DNA of 64,000 nucleotides. Source: Gordius albopunctatus (lineage: Eukaryota). Positions 25,501 through 38,200 of the stretch are shown here, in pieces. The translations under genes and the position numbers were made by a program. The stretch covers positions 9,610,001 through 9,674,000 of the forward strand of contig OZ193909.1 in assembly GCA_964276515.1 (NCBI GenBank), given 5' to 3'. The notes beneath the pieces are model-generated. The model saw only the letters and a list, made by a program, of their open reading frames with translations, was not told the DNA's origin and did not search any database. The first letter of the stretch is position 1, and the number at the start of each line of letters is the position of its first letter.

Positions 25501-27993
25501 CCTCTGATATCAAATCTTTCATGACGGCTATATTGTTGAACAAAAAAATTGAAAAAATTTTGATGTCGAAAAAAATATTTATTTTCCTATTCTTTCGAAA
25601 GGGGGATGAAAAAATCTTTAAAATTAAGAAACTAAACTTTTCGGGTTGCGTTTAGATTGTTTCAAAATCGCTTTCTAAGCGTGTCTCTAGTTTTTGTGAA
25701 ACAAACTCTATTTGATCGTGATTTAAAGTTAATAATTTTTGAGGACTGATCAAAAAATTTTTCACTAATTGACCTCTGATATCAAAAACTTTCATGACGG
25801 CTATATTGTTGAACAAAAAAATTGAAAAATTTTTGAAGTCGAAAAAAATATTTATTTTCATATTCTATCAAAAGGGGGCTGAAAGAATCTTTAAAAGTTA
25901 GTAAATATTCTTAGAATCATGTCCTTGTTAGAATCCGTATGATAATTTTTGAACGGAGTGAGGTTTTAGATTGAGAGAAACTAAACTTTTCGTGTTGCGT
26001 TTAGATTGTTTCAAAATCGCTTTCTAAGCGTGTCTCTAGTTTTTGAGAAACAAACTCTATTTGATCGTGATTTAAAGTTAATAATTTTTGAGGACGATCA
26101 AAAATTTTTCACTAATTGACCTCTGATATCAAATCTTTCATGACGGCTATATTGTTGAACAAAAAAATTGAAAAATTTTTGAAGTCGAAAAAAATATTTA
26201 TTTTCATATTCTATCAAAAGGGGGCTGAAAGAATCTTTAAAAGTTAGTAAATATTCTTAGCATCATGTCCTTGTTAGAATCCGTATGATAATTTTTGCAC
26301 GGGGTGAGGTTTTAGATTGAGAGAAACTAAACTTTTCGTGTTGCGTTTAGATTGTTTCAAAATCGCTTTCTAAGCGTGTCTCTAGTTTTTGAGAAACAAA
26401 CTCTATTTGATCGTGATTTAAAGTTAATAATTTTTGAGGACGATCAAAAATTTTTCACTAATTGACCTCTGATATCAAATCTTTCATGACGGCTATATTG
26501 TTGAACAAAAAAATTGAAAAAATTTTGATGTCGAAAAAAATATTTATTTTCATATTCTATCAAAAGGGGGCTGAAAGAATCTTTAAAAGTTAGTAAATAT
26601 TCTTAGCATCATGTCCTTGTTAGAATCCGTATGATAATTTTTGCATGGGGTGAGGTTTTAGATTGAGAGAAACTAAACTTTTCGTGTTGCGTTTAGATTG
26701 TTTCAAAATCGCTTTCTAAGCGTGTCTCTAGTTTTTGTGAATCAAACTCTATTTGATCGTGATTTAAAGTTAATAATTTTTGAGGACTGATCAAAAAATT
26801 TTTCACTAATTGACCTCTGATATCAAAAACTTTCATGACGGCTATATTGTTGAACAAAAAAATTGAAAAATTTTTGAAGTCGAAAAAAATATTTATTTTC
26901 ATATTCTATCAAAAGGGGGCTGAAAGAATCTTTAAAAGTTAGTAAATATTCTTAGCATCATGTCCTTGTTAGAATCCGTATGATAATTTTTGCATGGGGT
27001 GAGGTTTTAGATTGAGAGAAACTAAACTTTTCGTGTTGCGTTTAGATTGTTTCAAAATCGCTTTCTAAGCGTGTCTCTAGTTTTTGAGAAACAAACTCTA
27101 TTTGATCGTGATTTAAAGTTAATAATTTTTGAGGACGATCAAAAATTTTTCACTAATTGACCTCTGATATCAAAAACTTTCATGACGGCTATATTGTTGA
27201 ACAAAAAAATTGAAAAAATTTTGATGTCGAAAAAAATATTTATTTTCCTATTCTTTCGAAAGGGGGATGAAAAAATCTTTAAAATTAAGAAACTAAACTT
27301 TTCGGGTTGCGTTAAGATTGTTTCAAAATCGCTTTCTAAGCGTGTCTCTAGTTTTTGAGAAACAAACTCTATTTGATCGTGATTTAAAGTTAAAAACTTT
27401 TGAGGACTGATCAAAAAATTTTTCACTAATTGACCTCTGATATCAAATCTTTCATGACGGCTATATTGTTGAACAAAAAAATTGAAAAAATTTTGATGTC
27501 GAAAAAAATATTTATTTTCCTATTCTTTCGAAAGGGGGATGAAAAAATCTTTAAAATTTAGAAACTAAACTTTTCGTGTTGCGTTTAGATTGTTTCAAAA
27601 TCGCTTTCTAAGCGTGTCTCTAGTTTTTGTGAAACAAACTCTATTTGATCGTGATTTAAAGTTAATAATTTTTGAGGACTGATCAAAAAATTTTTCACTA
27701 ATTGACCTCTGATATCAAAAACTTTCATGACGGCTATATTGTTGAACAAAAAAATTGAAAAATTTTTGAAGTCGAAAAAAATATTTATTTTCATATTCTA
27801 TCAAAAGGGGGCTGAAAGAATCTTTAAAAGTTAGTAAATATTCTTAGCATCATGTCCTTGTTAGAATCCGTATGATAATTTTTGCACGGGGTGAGGTTTT
27901 AGATTGAGAGAAACTAAACTTTTCGTGTTGCGTTTAGATTGTTTCAAAATCGCTTTCTAAGCGTGTCTCTAGTTTTTGAGAAACAAACTCTAT
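13558..27993. repeat. ~6.15-kb block duplication, offset 8280 bp (13558-19713 vs 21838-27993)
   Basis: ORF pairs 13927/22207, 14622/22902, 15068/23348, 16926/25206, 18413/26693 and 19305/27585 all differ by 8280. The rare allele GAGGATCAAACTC occurs at 17144 and 25424. Confidence 0.9.
13656..13926 (+). repeat. Representative short type-B monomer (271 bp), lacking the 76-bp TAAATATTC...TTAGATTGAGAG segment
   Basis: Ends ...GGGGGATGAAAAAATCTTTAAAATTAAGAAACTAAACTTTTCGGGTTGCGT instead of the long 3' end. 13307 to 13927 = 620 = 349 + 271. Confidence 0.96.
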
Positions 27994-28999
27994 ATGATCG
28001 TGATTTAAAGTTAATAATTTTTGAGGACGATCAAAAATTTTTCACTAATTGACCTCTGATATCAAAAACTTTCATGACGGCTATATTGTTGAACAAAAAA
28101 ATTGAAAAAATTTTGATGTCGAAAAAAATATTTATTTTCCTATTCTTTCGAAAGGGGGATGAAAAAATCTTTAAAATTTAGAAACTAAACTTTTCGGGTT
28201 GCGTTTAGATTGTTTCAAAATCGCTTTCTAAGCGTGTCTCTAGTTTTTGTGAAACAAACTCTATTTGATCGTGATTTAAAGTTAATAATTTTTGAGGACT
28301 GATCAAAAAATTTTTCACTAATTGACCTCTGATATCAAAAACTTTCATGACGGCTATATTGTTGAACAAAAAAATTGAAAAATTTTTGAAGTCGAAAAAA
28401 ATATTTATTTTCATATTCTATCAAAAGGGGGCTGAAAGAATCTTTAAAAGTTAGTAAATATTCTTAGCATCATGTCCTTGTTAGAATCCGTATGATAATT
28501 TTTGCACGGGGTGAGGTTTTAGATTGAGAGAAACTAAACTTTTCGTGTTGCGTTTAGATTGTTTCAAAATCGCTTTCTAAGCGGATCTCTAGTTTTTGAG
28601 AAACAAACTCTATTTGATCGTGATTTAAAGTTAATAATTTTTGAGGACGATCAAAAATTTTTCACTAATTGACCTCTGATATCAAATCTTTCATGACGGC
28701 TATATTGTTGAACAAAAAAATTGAAAAAATTTTGATGTCGAAAAAAATATTTATTTTCCTATTCTTTCGAAAGGGTGATGAAAAAATCTTTAAAATTAAG
28801 AAACTAAACTTTTCGGGTTGCGTTTAGATTGTTTCAAAATCGCTTTCTAAGCGTGTCTCTAGTTTTTGTGAAACAAACTCTATTTGATCGTGATTTAAAG
28901 TTAATAATTTTTGAGGACTGATCAAAAAATTTTTCACTAATTGACCTCTGATATCAAAAACTTTCATGACGGCTATATTGTTGAACAAAAAAATTGAAA

Positions 29000-31900
29000 A
29001 ATTTTTGAAGTCGAAAAAAATATTTATTTTCATATTCTATCAAAAGGGGGCTGAAAGAATCTTTAAAAGTTAGTAAATATTCTTAGAATCATGTCCTTGT
29101 TAGAATCCGTATGATAATTTTTGAACGGAGTGAGGTTTTAGATTGAGAGAAACTAAACTTTTCGTGTTGCGTTTAGATTGTTTCAAAATCGCTTTCTAAG
29201 CGTGTCTCTAGTTTTTGAGAAACAAACTCTATTTGATCGTGATTTAAAGTTAAAAACTTTTGAGGACTGATCAAAAATTTTTTTCACTAATTGACCTCTG
29301 ATATCATAAACTTTCATGACGGCTATATTGTTGAACAAAAAAATTGAAAAAATTTTGATGTCGAAACAAATATTTATTTTCATATTCTATCGAAAGGGTG
29401 CTGAAAGAATCTTTAAAATTTAGAAACTAAACTTTTCGTGTTGCGTTTAGATTGTTTCAAAATAGCTTTCTAAGCGTGTCTCTAGTTTTTGCGAAACAAA
29501 CTCTATGTGATCGTGATTTAAAGTTAATAATTTTTGAGGACTGATCAAAAAAATTTTTCACTAATTGACCTCTGATATCAAAAACTTTCATGACGGCTAT
29601 ATTGTTGAACAAAAAAATTGAAAAATTTTTGAAGTCGAAAAAAATATTTATTTTCATATTCTATCAAAAGGGGGCTGAAAGAATCTTTAAAAGTTAGTAA
29701 ATATTCTTAGCATCATGTCCTTGTTAGAATCCGTATGATAATTTTTGCACGGGGTGAGGTTTTAGATTGAGAGAAACTAAACTTTTCGTGTTGCGTTTAG
29801 ATTGTTTCAAAATCGCTTTCTAAGCGTGTCTCTAGTTTTTGAGAAACAAACTCTATTTGATCGTGATTTAAAGTTAATAATTTTTGAGGACGATCAAAAA
29901 TTTTTCACTAATTGACCTCTGATATCAAATCTTTCATGACGGCTATATTGTTGAACAAAAAAATTGAAAAAATTTTGATGTCGAAAAAAATATTTATTTT
30001 CATATTCTATCAAAAGGGGGCTGAAAGAATCTTTAAAAGTTAGTAAATATTCTTAGCATCATGTCCTTGTTAGAATCCGTATGATAATTTTTGCACGGGG
30101 TGAGGTTTTAGATTGAGAGAAACTAAACTTTTCGTGTTGCGTTTAGATTGTTTCAAAATCGCTTTTTAAGCGTGTCTCTAGTTTTTGTGAAACAAACTCT
30201 ATTTGATCGTGATTTAAAGTTAATAATTTTTGAGGACTGATCAAAATTTTTTTCACTAATTGACCTCTGATATCAAAAACTTTCATGACGGCTATATTGT
30301 TGAACAAAAAAATTGAAAAAATTTTGATGTCGAAAAAAATATTTATTTTCCTATTCTTTCGAAAGGGGGATGAAAAAATCTTTAAAATTAAGAAACTAAA
30401 CTTTTCGGGTTGCGTTTAGATTGTTTCAAAATCGCTTTCTAAGCGTGTCTCTAGTTTTTGAGAAACAAACTCTATTTGATCGTGATTTAAAGTTAATAAT
30501 TTTTGAGGACTGATCAAAAAATTTTTCACTAATTGACCTCTGATATCAAAAACTTTCATGACGGCTATATTGTTGAACAAAAAAATTGAAAAATTTTTGA
30601 AGTCGAAAAAAATATTTATTTTCATATTCTATCAAAAGGGGGCTGAAAGAATCTTTAAAAGTTAGTAAATATTCTTAGCATCATGTCCTTGTTAGAATCC
30701 GTATGATAATTTTTGCACGGGGTGAGGTTTTAGATTGAGAGAAACTAAACTTTTCGTGTTGCGTTTAGATTGTTTCAAAATCGCTTTCTAAGCGGATCTC
30801 TAGTTTTTGAGAAACAAACTCTATTTGATCGTGATTTAAAGTTAATAATTTTTGAGGACGATCAAAAATTTTTCACTAATTGACCTCTGATATCAAATCT
30901 TTCATGACGGCTATATTGTTGAACAAAAAAATTGAAAAAATTTTGATGTCGAAAAAAATATTTATTTTCCTATTCTTTCGAAAGGGTGATGAAAAAATCT
31001 TTAAAATTAAGAAACTAAACTTTTCGGGTTGCGTTTAGATTGTTTCAAAATCGCTTTCTAAGCGTGTCTCTAGTTTTTGAGAAACAAACTCTATTTGATC
31101 GTGATTTAAAGTTAATAATTTTTGAGGACTGATCAAAAAATTTTTCACTAATTGACCTCTGATATCAAAAACTTTCATGACGGCTATATTGTTGAACAAA
31201 AAAATTGAAAAATTTTTGAAGTCGAAAAAAATATTTATTTTCATATTCTATCAAAAGGGGGCTGAAAGAATCTTTAAAAGTTAGTAAATATTCTTAGCAT
31301 CATGTCCTTGTTAGAATCCGTATGATAATTTTTGCACGGGGTGAGGTTTTAGATTGAGAGAAACTAAACTTTTCGTGTTGCGTTTAGATTGTTTCAAAAT
31401 CGCTTTCTAAGCGGATCTCTAGTTTTTGAGAAACAAACTCTATTTGATCGTGATTTAAAGTTAATAATTTTTGAGGACGATCAAAAATTTTTCACTAATT
31501 GACCTCTGATATCAAATCTTTCATGACGGCTATATTGTTGAACAAAAAAATTGAAAAAATTTTGATGTCGAAAAAAATATTTATTTTCCTATTCTTTCGA
31601 AAGGGTGATGAAAAAATCTTTAAAATTTAGAAACTAAACTTTTCGTGTTGCGTTTAGATTGTTTCAAAATCGCTTTCTAAGCGTGTCTCTAGTTTTTGTG
31701 AAACAAACTCTATTTGATCGTGATTATAAGTTAATAATTTTTGAGGACTGATCAAAAAAATTTTCACTAATTGACCTCTGATATCAAAAACTTTCATGAC
31801 GGCTATATTGTTGAACAAAAAAATTGAAAAAATTTTGATGTCGAAAAAAGTATTTATTTTCCTATTCTTTCGAAAGGGGGATGAAAAAATCTTTAAAATT

Positions 31901-34900
31901 TAGAAACTAAACTTTTTGTGTTGCGTTTAGATTGTTTCAAAATCGCTTTCTAAGCGTGTCTCTAGTTTTTGAGAAACAAACTCTATTTGATCGTGATTTA
32001 AAGTTAAAAACTTTTGAGGACTGATCAAAAATTTTTCACTAATTGACCTCTGATATCAAATCTTTCATGACGGCTATATTGTTGAACAAAAAAATTGAAA
32101 AATTTTTGAAGTCGAAAAAAATATTTATTTTCATATTCTATCAAAAGGGGGCTGAAAGAATCTTTAAAAGTTAGTAAATATTCTTAGAATCATGTCCTTG
32201 TTAGAATCCGTATGATAATTTTTGAACGGAGTGAGGTTTTAGATTGAGAGAAACTAAACTTTTCGTGTTGCGTTTAGATTGTTTCAAAATCGCTTTCTAA
32301 GCGTGTCTCTAGTTTTTGAGAAACAAACTCTATTTGATCGTGATTTAAAGTTAAAAACTTTTGAGGACTGATCAAAAATTTTTTTCACTAATTGACCTCT
32401 GATATCATAAACTTTCATGACGGCTATATTGTTGAACAAAAAAATTGAAAAAATTTTGATGTCGAAAAAAATATTTATTTTCATATTCTATCGAAAGGGT
32501 GCTGAAAGAATCTTTAAAATTTAGAAACTAAACTTTTCGTGTTGCGTTTAGATTGTTTCAAAATAGCTTTCTAAGCGTGTCTCTAGTTTTTGCGAAACAA
32601 ACTCTATGTGATCGTGATTTAAAGTTAATAATTTTTGAGGACTGATCAAAAAAATTTTTCACTAATTGACCTCTGATATCAAAAACTTTCATGACGGCTA
32701 TATTGTTGAACAAAAAAATTGAAAAATTTTTGAAGTCGAAAAAAATATTTATTTTCATATTCTATCAAAAGGGGGCTGAAAGAATCTTTAAAAGTTAGTA
32801 AATATTCTTAGCATCATGTCCTTGTTAGAATCCGTATGATAATTTTTGCACGGGGTGAGGTTTTAGATTGAGAGAAACTAAACTTTTCGTGTTGCGTTTA
32901 GATTGTTTCAAAATCGCTTTCTAAGCGTGTCTCTAGTTTTTGAGAAACAAACTCTATTTGATCGTGATTTAAAGTTAATAATTTTTGAGGACGATCAAAA
33001 ATTTTTCACTAATTGACCTCTGATATCAAATCTTTCATGACGGCTATATTGTTGAACAAAAAAATTGAAAAAATTTTGATGTCGAAAAAAATATTTATTT
33101 TCATATTCTATCAAAAGGGGGCTGAAAGAATCTTTAAAAGTTAGTAAATATTCTTAGCATCATGTCCTTGTTAGAATCCGTATGATAATTTTTGCACGGG
33201 GTGAGGTTTTAGATTGAGAGAAACTAAACTTTTCGTGTTGCGTTTAGATTGTTTCAAAATCGCTTTTTAAGCGTGTCTCTAGTTTTTGTGAAACAAACTC
33301 TATTTGATCGTGATTTAAAGTTAATAATTTTTGAGGACTGATCAAAATTTTTTTCACTAATTGACCTCTGATATCAAAAACTTTCATGACGGCTATATTG
33401 TTGAACAAAAAAATTGAAAAAATTTTGATGTCGAAAAAAATATTTATTTTCCTATTCTTTCGAAAGGGGGATGAAAAAATCTTTAAAATTAAGAAACTAA
33501 ACTTTTCGGGTTGCGTTTAGATTGTTTCAAAATCGCTTTCTAAGCGTGTCTCTAGTTTTTGAGAAACAAACTCTATTTGATCGTGATTTAAAGTTAATAA
33601 TTTTTGAGGACTGATCAAAAAATTTTTCACTAATTGACCTCTGATATCAAAAACTTTCATGACGGCTATATTGTTGAACAAAAAAATTGAAAAATTTTTG
33701 AAGTCGAAAAAAATATTTATTTTCATATTCTATCAAAAGGGGGCTGAAAGAATCTTTAAAAGTTAGTAAATATTCTTAGCATCATGTCCTTGTTAGAATC
33801 CGTATGATAATTTTTGCACGGGGTGAGGTTTTAGATTGAGAGAAACTAAACTTTTCGTGTTGCGTTTAGATTGTTTCAAAATCGCTTTCTAAGCGGATCT
33901 CTAGTTTTTGAGAAACAAACTCTATTTGATCGTGATTTAAAGTTAATAATTTTTGAGGACGATCAAAAATTTTTCACTAATTGACCTCTGATATCAAATC
34001 TTTCATGACGGCTATATTGTTGAACAAAAAAATTGAAAAAATTTTGATGTCGAAAAAAATATTTATTTTCCTATTCTTTCGAAAGGGTGATGAAAAAATC
34101 TTTAAAATTAAGAAACTAAACTTTTCGGGTTGCGTTTAGATTGTTTCAAAATCGCTTTCTAAGCGTGTCTCTAGTTTTTGAGAAACAAACTCTATTTGAT
34201 CGTGATTTAAAGTTAATAATTTTTGAGGACTGATCAAAAAATTTTTCACTAATTGACCTCTGATATCAAAAACTTTCATGACGGCTATATTGTTGAACAA
34301 AAAAATTGAAAAATTTTTGAAGTCGAAAAAAATATTTATTTTCATATTCTATCAAAAGGGGGCTGAAAGAATCTTTAAAAGTTAGTAAATATTCTTAGCA
34401 TCATGTCCTTGTTAGAATCCGTATGATAATTTTTGCACGGGGTGAGGTTTTAGATTGAGAGAAACTAAACTTTTCGTGTTGCGTTTAGATTGTTTCAAAA
34501 TCGCTTTCTAAGCGGATCTCTAGTTTTTGAGAAACAAACTCTATTTGATCGTGATTTAAAGTTAATAATTTTTGAGGACGATCAAAAATTTTTCACTAAT
34601 TGACCTCTGATATCAAATCTTTCATGACGGCTATATTGTTGAACAAAAAAATTGAAAAAATTTTGATGTCGAAAAAAATATTTATTTTCCTATTCTTTCG
34701 AAAGGGTGATGAAAAAATCTTTAAAATTTAGAAACTAAACTTTTCGTGTTGCGTTTAGATTGTTTCAAAATCGCTTTCTAAGCGTGTCTCTAGTTTTTGT
34801 GAAACAAACTCTATTTGATCGTGATTATAAGTTAATAATTTTTGAGGACTGATCAAAAAAATTTTCACTAATTGACCTCTGATATCAAAAACTTTCATGA

Positions 34901-35200
34901 CGGCTATATTGTTGAACAAAAAAATTGAAAAAATTTTGATGTCGAAAAAAGTATTTATTTTCCTATTCTTTCGAAAGGGGGATGAAAAAATCTTTAAAAT
35001 TTAGAAACTAAACTTTTTGTGTTGCGTTTAGATTGTTTCAAAATCGCTTTCTAAGCGTGTCTCTAGTTTTTGAGAAACAAACTCTATTTGATCGTGATTT
35101 AAAGTTAAAAACTTTTGAGGACTGATCAAAAATTTTTCACTAATTGACCTCTGATATCAAATCTTTCATGACGGCTATATTGTTGAACAAAAAAATTGAA
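29000..35200. repeat. Tandem 3101-bp block duplication (~10 monomers x 2)
   Basis: ORF pairs 29183/32284, 29457/32558, 30416/33517 and 31035/34136. The rare allele GCTTTTTAAG occurs at ~30161 and ~33262. Confidence 0.88.
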
Positions 35201-38200
35201 AAAATTTTGATGTCGAAAAAAATATTTATTTTCCTATTCTTTCGAAAGGGTGATGAAAAAATCTTTAAAATTTAGAAACTAAACTTTTCGTGTTGCGTTT
35301 AGATTGTTTCAAAATCGCTTTCTAATCGTGTCTCTAGTTTTTGCGAAACAAACTCTATGTGATCGTGATTTAAAGTTAATAATTTTTGAGGACTGATCAA
35401 AAAAATTTTTCACTAATTGACCTCTGATATCAAAAACTTTCATGACGGCTATATTGTTGAACAAAAAAATTGAAAAATTTTTGAAGTCGAAAAAAATATT
35501 TATTTTCATATTCTATCAAAAGGGGGCTGAAAGAATCTTTAAAAGTTAGTAAATATTCTTAGCATCATGTCCTTGTTAGAATCCGTATGATAATTTTTGC
35601 ACGGGGTGAGGTTTTAGATTGAGAGAAACTAAACTTTTCGTGTTGCGTTTAGATTGTTTCAAAATCGCTTTCTAAGCGTGTCTCTAGTTTTTGAGAAACA
35701 AACTCTATTTGATCGTGATTTAAAGTTAATAATTTTTGAGGACGATCAAAAATTTTTCACTAATTGACCTCTGATATCAAATCTTTCATGACGGCTATAT
35801 TGTTGAACAAAAAAATTGAAAAAATTTTGATGTCGAAAAAAATATTTATTTTCCTATTCTTTCGAAAGGGTGATGAAAAAATCTTTAAAATTTAGAAACT
35901 AAACTTTTCGTGTTGCGTTTAGATTGTTTCAAAATCGCTTTCTAAGCGTGTCTCTAGTTTTTGTGAAACAAACTCTATTTGATCGTGATTATAAGTTAAT
36001 AATTTTTGAGGACTGATCAAAAAAATTTTCACTAATTGACCTCTGATATCAAAAACTTTCATGACGGCTATATTGTTGAACAAAAAAATTGAAAAAATTT
36101 TGATGTCGAAAAAAGTATTTATTTTCCTATTCTTTCGAAAGGGTGATGAAAAAATCTTTAAAATTTAGAAACTAAACTTTTCGTGTTGCGTTTAGATTGT
36201 TTCAAAATCGCTTTCTAAGCGTGTCTCTAGTTTTTGTGAAACAAACTCTATTTGATCGTGATTATAAGTTAATAATTTTTGAGGACTGATCAAAAAAATT
36301 TTCACTAATTGACCTCTGATATCAAAAACTTTCATGACGGCTATATTGTTGAACAAAAAAATTGAAAAAATTTTGATGTCGAAAAAAGTATTTATTTTCC
36401 TATTCTTTCGAAAGGGGGATGAAAAAATCTTTAAAATTTAGAAACTAAACTTTTTGTGTTGCGTTTAGATTGTTTCAAAATCGCTTTCTAATCGTGTCTC
36501 TAGTTTTTGCGAAACAAACTCTATGTGATCGTGATTTAAAGTTAATAATTTTTGAGGACTGATCAAAAAAATTTTTCACTAATTGACCTCTGATATCAAA
36601 AACTTTCATGACGGCTATATTGTTGAACAAAAAAATTGAAAAATTTTTGAAGTCGAAAAAAATATTTATTTTCATATTCTATCAAAAGGGGGCTGAAAGA
36701 ATCTTTAAAAGTTAGTAAATATTCTTAGCATCATGTCCTTGTTAGAATCCGTATGATAATTTTTGCACGGGGTGAGGTTTTAGATTGAGAGAAACTAAAC
36801 TTTTCGTGTTGCGTTTAGATTGTTTCAAAATCGCTTTCTAAGCGTGTCTCTAGTTTTTGAGAAACAAACTCTATTTGATCGTGATTTAAAGTTAATAATT
36901 TTTGAGGACGATCAAAAATTTTTCACTAATTGACCTCTGATATCAAATCTTTCATGACGGCTATATTGTTGAACAAAAAAATTGAAAAAATTTTGATGTC
37001 GAAAAAAATATTTATTTTCATATTCTATCAAAAGGGGGCTGAAAGAATCTTTAAAAGTTAGTAAATATTCTTAGCATCATGTCCTTGTTAGAATCCGTAT
37101 GATAATTTTTGCATGGGGTGAGGTTTTAGATTGAGAGAAACTAAACTTTTCGTGTTGCGTTTAGATTGTTTCAAAATCGCTTTCTAAGCGTGTCTCTAGT
37201 TTTTGTGAATCAAACTCTATTTGATCGTGATTTAAAGTTAATAATTTTTGAGGACTGATCAAAAAATTTTTCACTAATTGACCTCTGATATCAAAAACTT
37301 TCCTGACGGTTATATTGTTGAACAAAAAAATTGAAAAAATTTTGATGTCGAAAAAAATATTTATTTTCCTATTCTTTCGAAAGGGGGCTGAAAGAATCTT
37401 TAAAAGTTAGTAAATATTCTTAGCATCATGTCCTTGTTAGAATCCGTATGATAATTTTTGCACGGGGTGAGGTTTTAGATTGAGAGAAACTAAACTTTTC
37501 GTGTTGCGTTTAGATTGTTTCAAAATCGCTTTCTAAGCGTGTCTCTAGTTTTTGAGAAACAAACTCTATTTGATCGTGATTTAAAGTTAATAATTTTTGA
37601 GGACGATCAAAAATTTTTCACTAATTGACCTCTGATATCAAAAACTTTCATGACGGCTATATTGTTGAACAAAAAAATTGAAAAAATTTTGATGTCGAAA
37701 AAAATATTTATTTTCCTATTCTTTCGAAAGGGGGATGAAAAAATCTTTAAAATTTAGAAACTAAACTTTTCGTGTTGCGTTTAGATTGTTTCAAAATCGC
37801 TTTCTAAGCGTGTCTCTAGTTTTTGAGAAACAAACTCTATTTGATCGTGATTTAAAGTTAAAAACTTTTGAGGACTGATCAAAAATTTTTCACTAATTGA
37901 CCTCTGATATCAAATCTTTCATGACGGCTATATTGTTGAACAAAAAAATTGAAAAAATTTTGATGTCGAAAAAAATATTTATTTTCCTATTCTTTCGAAA
38001 GGGTGATGAAAAAATCTTTAAAATTTAGAAACTAAACTTTTCGTGTTGCGTTTAGATTGTTTCAAAATCGCTTTCTAAGCGTGTCTCTAGTTTTTGCGAA
38101 ACAAACTCTATGTGATCGTGATTTAAAGTTAATAATTTTTGAGGACTGATCAAAAAAATTTTTCACTAATTCACCTCTGATATCAAAAACTTTCATGACG

